Assembly: GCF_006345805.1 (NCBI RefSeq)
Contig: NW_021835400.1
Coordinates: 1-40,313 of the forward strand
Direction: 5' to 3'
Length of the DNA: 40,313 bases
Origin: Octopus sinensis
Taxonomy: Eukaryota
In this document: in pieces, positions 35,420 through 40,313 of the stretch
Numbering within the stretch: the stretch's first letter is position 1
How the letters are laid out: each line of letters begins with the position of its first letter
Made by a program: the position numbers and the translations under genes
The notes under the pieces: generated by a model
Seen by the model: only the letters and a program-made list of their open reading frames with translations
What the model was told of the DNA's origin: nothing
Databases searched by the model: none

Positions 35420-35510
35420 ATCAATGTATACAGTGAGTTTCTTTACCCTAGATGTCGGGAAGGCACTCGGAAAGAAATGAAAACAAAAGTGAATGAAGAA
35501 GAGAAACAAA
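35420..35510 (+). mobile_element. short 3' tail of the R4/Dong-like family, followed by (AAT)n
   Basis: caatgtatacagtgagtttctttaccctagatgtcgggaaggcactcggaaagaaatg aligns with 19385-19445. Confidence 0.75.
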
Positions 35511-35518
35511 TAATAATG

Positions 35519-35584
<66 letters not shown>

Positions 35585-35677
35585 TGATAATTGCTGTGGT
35601 AGTAACAGTAATACTAATTAATTCTAACACTTTAACATTAATAATCGTTTCTAATATATCAACACTGTAACAGTATC

Positions 35678-35739
<62 letters not shown>

Positions 35740-36066
35740 TTTCAACTAGCAATAACCCTCATTGGCTATGGTATTATAATTATTATAATTATCATCATCA
35801 TTATTATTATTATTGTTGTTGTTGTTATTGTTGTTGCTGCTGCTGCTGCTGTTGTTGTTGTCGTCGTCATCGTCATCATCCTTATTCCTAATCATTAAGG
35901 TGATATAACATCCGCCTTTAAATACAAGTCGCTGCCTTTTTGAAAGCTCTTGTGGCGATACAATTGTTTGTCGAGCGAAACTCGTTGAGAAGGCCGTCTT
36001 GACAAATTGATGTTAATTATCCGAAACGAAGGAGAAATATTAGACAACACTAAACAATGATGGCGA

Positions 36067-36092
36067 TAATAATAATAATAATAATAATAATG

Positions 36093-36143
<51 letters not shown>

Positions 36144-36214
36144 TAATAACAATAATAATAATAATATTTAATAAAAATAACAAGAATATTTAATAATAAT
36201 AATAATAATAATAT

Positions 36215-36264
<50 letters not shown>

Positions 36265-36422
36265 AATGATAATAATAATAATAATAACAATAATGATAAT
36301 AATATTTGATAATATAATAAGAATATTTAATAATAATAATAATTATAATAACAATAATAATAATAATATTTAATAATAATAATAAAAATATTTAATAATA
36401 ATAATAATAATAATATTTAATA

Positions 36423-36496
<74 letters not shown>

Positions 36497-36519
36497 CATA
36501 ATAATAATCCTAATAATCC

Positions 36520-36573
<54 letters not shown>

Positions 36574-36600
36574 TAATAATGGTGATGATAATAATGAAAA
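36067..36600. repeat. (AAT)n field with recurring atattt interruptions
   Basis: Direct inspection. Confidence 0.95.
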
Positions 36601-36959
36601 TGAAGACGATGGTAATAACAACATCACATAAATAATCTAATCACTAATTAGCAATTTGATCTCGATAAACTCGATATTGTTGTTGTTGTTGTTGATGTTC
36701 GTTGTCATTGCCATTCTCGAGGCTGTCATTTTATGCCTGTTTATGACACTTGTGTTTATTTTGCGTGCGTGTGGAGGTGTATGTACGTGTGAATGTGCGT
36801 TTGCGTGTGCGTTTGTATGTGTGTGTGTGTGTGTGTGTGTATCTTTGTGTGCTTGCCTCTGTTTGTGTGCATGTGTCGGTGTGGGTGGATTAAGTGTGGG
36901 TGTGAGTGGGTGTGTCTGTGTACGCTTCTTAGGTGTATTTTGATGTGGTTGGACATAGC

Positions 36960-37465
36960 GACGACGACGACGACATAAATGATGAAGATGATGATGATGA
37001 TGGTGATGATGAAGATGATGATGATGGAGATGAGGATAATGAGGAAGAGGACAGCAATGACGACGTCGGAGATGACAACGATGACGATGACAATAATGAT
37101 GATGAAGGCGACGATGATGAGGGCTGGAAATGATAATGATAATAATGCTGCTGCTGATGATGATAACAAGGAGGAGGCGGAGGAGGAGGAGGAGATGTTG
37201 ACTATGACGGCGACGATGGTGATATTGTATGAAAAATAGCTGATGATAAAGAAGACGATGTTACCAAAGATGTCACTTGGTTATGTTTATGGTGATAGAC
37301 ATGATGATGATAATCGACGTATTAGTGATGATGAGTGTGACGTTCTTTATGCCAATCACGATGATGATGATGGTGATGATGATGATGGTGATGATGATTA
37401 TGGTGATGATAATTATGGTGATGATAATTATGGTGATGATGATGATGATAATTATGGTGATGATG

Positions 37466-37497
<32 letters not shown>

Positions 37498-37838
37498 GGT
37501 GATGATGATTATGGTGATGATAATTATGGTGATGATAATTATGGTGATGATGATGATGATAATTATGGTGATGATGATGATGATGATGATGATGGTGGTG
37601 GTGATATATGATGATTATGGTGATGATGATGATGAGGATTATGGTAAAGATGACAATGATCATAGTGATGATGATGATCATGATAATGATGATCATCATC
37701 ATCATCATCATCACCACCATGATGACGAAGATGATGGTAGTGATGTTGTTGTTATTTATGATGATGACGATGACGACGACATTGATGATGACGACGACGA
37801 TGATGGTGATGATGATGATGATGAAGGTGATGATGATG

Positions 37839-37870
<32 letters not shown>

Positions 37871-38130
37871 GACGATCATCATCTTCATCATCATCATCAT
37901 CATTACTTCCGTCATCATCATCAGCATCCCCATCATCATCACTACCTCCGCTGTCACCGTCACCATCACCATCACCACCACAGTTATCATCACCACCACC
38001 ACCACCACCACCACCACCAAAATAATCACCACCATCACCACCACCACCACCATCATCATCATTATCACCACCGTCACCACCATCATCGTCAGCACCATCA
38101 TCATCACCACTATCACCATTATCACCTGTA
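36960..38130. repeat. (GAT)n/(CAT)n/(CAC)n compound field including a 111-bp tandem duplication
   Basis: Direct inspection; explains the poly-D/M/H ORFs. Confidence 0.92.
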
Positions 38131-38439
38131 TTAAGTATCTAAGACATATCAACAATAACCCTGTTTTCTAATAAACTGAAATTCGCTAAAAAACTAGTTA
38201 GTGAAGAAACAATTTGTTCACAAATATCAAGGCTGTTATTGTTGTCGTTTAATCTCAAGTAAACCCTGACCAAACAAGTCTACGATCATAGACATGCCAG
38301 CGGTGACAGTACCATCATCTTTCTGTTTAATAGGAATATTTTCAAAGAGAATTAAGCGTGTTAATGTTCTTAGCTTTAATAGTAATCTTTATCAGTTAAC
38401 TATCCTCATAATAGTAAACCTAAATGTGATTTCAACTAT

Positions 38440-38790
38440 TATAATCACAATTAAGAAACGCTTACGATCATCTTTAAGACACTGCTTAGATAACACTTAA
38501 GACACAATAATGATTTTTGTCATAGTCAGAGTTAAGATAAGATCATAATTAAGAAACTGTAAAGTTCACAGTTAAGACAAACGGTTGCGGTTATAGTCTG
38601 GGTTAAGATTCAGGTGAAACATTGATGAAGTCATAAGTATGACACGGGGATCACATTTATGATACAGTTAAATTACTCAGTTAAGATCACTGGTAAGATC
38701 AGAGTTATGACTATAGTTAAGACAAAGTTAAATTGAAATTAGAGCACAATGGAGACCTCATTTAAGATTACAGATATGACATAGAGTGGC
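38440..38790. repeat. degenerate minisatellite with a period of about 12 bp (consensus near acagttaagatc)
   Basis: Recurring gttaaga/gttaaa/gtaaga/gttatga spaced about 12 nt apart, clearest at 38660-38735. Confidence 0.65.
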
Positions 38791-39059
38791 ATAAGGTGTT
38801 AAACAATGGAAAATATTGGAATACAGTAAAATAATGTGGAGAATAGTTTCCGGTGCATATATATATATAAGTTGAACGGTAATGGTTTCGTTATACAATT
38901 AAAAAGAGAAATACATATAAATGAATGATTGTGTAGGAAGGAGATTTCTTCAGCAGCGTTTAAGATCGAGCAAAACCTTTGACCTTTTTATGCTTGACAA
39001 GAATACAAGAATAACATGACATTCGGTACTGAATTATGTATATTTGTTTAAAAGCATGC

Positions 39060-39171
39060 ATGTATGCATACATATATACATACATACATACATACATACA
39101 TACATACATACATACATGCATACGTACATACATACATACATACATACATACATACACACATACATACTTAC

Positions 39172-39228
<57 letters not shown>

Positions 39229-39419
39229 CATACATACATATATACATACATATATATATATATATATACATACATACATATACATACATATATATATATA
39301 CATACACACACACACACATATATATATATATATTTACAAACGTACGTATACACAAAATATGCTTGTATGCACATATAAATGTATAAGGGTGTGTGTATAT
39401 GTATATGCATGTAGGTAAA

Positions 39420-39450
<31 letters not shown>

Positions 39451-39655
39451 GTATATATATACCTACATATATACACTTATACACACACACATATATATGT
39501 ATATAAATACATATGCATATATATATATATATACACATACATATATATATATGCATATGAATATATATATACATGTATGTGTATATATGTATATTTATAT
39601 ATATACACACATACATGTGTATATGAATTGGTACATGTGTGTATATATATGCATA

Positions 39656-39726
<71 letters not shown>

Positions 39727-39740
39727 ATATATAAATATAA
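39060..39740. repeat. compound (TACA)/(TA)/(CA) microsatellite field
   Basis: Direct inspection. Confidence 0.95.
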
Positions 39741-40313
39741 GCAGGTATATATAGGTCTTTCTCTATCCATCTACCTAGACAGCCACCACTACGTGTATAT
39801 ATACACTCTCTCATACCCACCCACACGCACACAAGCACATTATATGTATCTTGTTCGTCCCAAGAAAATAGCGAAACGGAGATATCGTTTCGCGATCTTC
39901 ACAATCTTTATTTATGTTATTTATATTTTCATTATTTGCATCATTTAGAATCAGCGAAAGAGCAATGGCATTAATGAACCCTATCTTTAAGCCAAGTAAA
40001 CAATATTTAAATCCTTTATCGACGTTTTCATTGAAATGCAAGTTTATTTAAATATGGAGTAACTTTAAAATGGCGGCTGGAAAAATTCGTAGTTTTTCCT
40101 GTTTTCTAATCTTTTCGTTTTGTATGTTGGTCTTGTTTTTAATTAGTTTACTAATTATCATTAACAAAACGTAAATACATTGTTGCTATTATTGTCGTCG
40201 TCGTTTTGTTGTTGTTCTTATAGATGTTGTTGTTGTTGCTGCAATTGTTATTTACATGGATGGTTTTTGTAGCGTTGTTGATGTCGATATAGTGTTATTT
40301 TTTTTCTCTTATT

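Noticed and set aside
37243-38171. Asp-rich or His-rich protein gene (biomineralisation or beak-type protein)
   Set aside because: All frames on both strands are open simply because GAT/CAT/CAC repeats lack stops; there is no signal peptide, splice site or non-repetitive domain.

Overview
Eukaryotic, gene-poor, repeat-saturated DNA. The SINE families and the microsatellite load look like an octopus (Octopus sp.) genome; this is an inference from remembered repeat families, not a database result. No host protein-coding exon is recognisable, and most listed ORFs are translations of (TA)n, (CA)n, (TATG)n, (ATCT)n, (AAT)n, (AAG)n or (GAT)n microsatellites. The main feature is a 4.6-kb near-perfect palindrome (25251-29864). 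It consists of two head-to-head copies of a Naiad-type Penelope-like retroelement (RT + GIY-YIG), each ending in a type I hammerhead-ribozyme motif. Their frameshifts fall at different places, so one ORF of about 710 aa can be rebuilt. Two older Penelope-like inverted structures with decayed hammerheads lie at 585-3368 and 31628-32076. Other content: a mariner made of two inward-facing 5' ends, maT, mariner and Tc1 fossils, a CR1/Zenon-like LINE split by a SINE, Tx1-like LINE ends (one inside (ATCT)n), stacked R4/Dong-like LINE ends in (AAT)n, a non-autonomous Helitron, a tandem trimer of tRNA-like units, and many SINEs. Weak host-gene signals are a candidate recursive splice site (34589/34590) and a candidate first coding exon (40070). 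I see no convincing wholly new biological system. The best leads are the repeated head-to-head Penelope/hammerhead architecture and the sorting of retroelement classes by microsatellite type.
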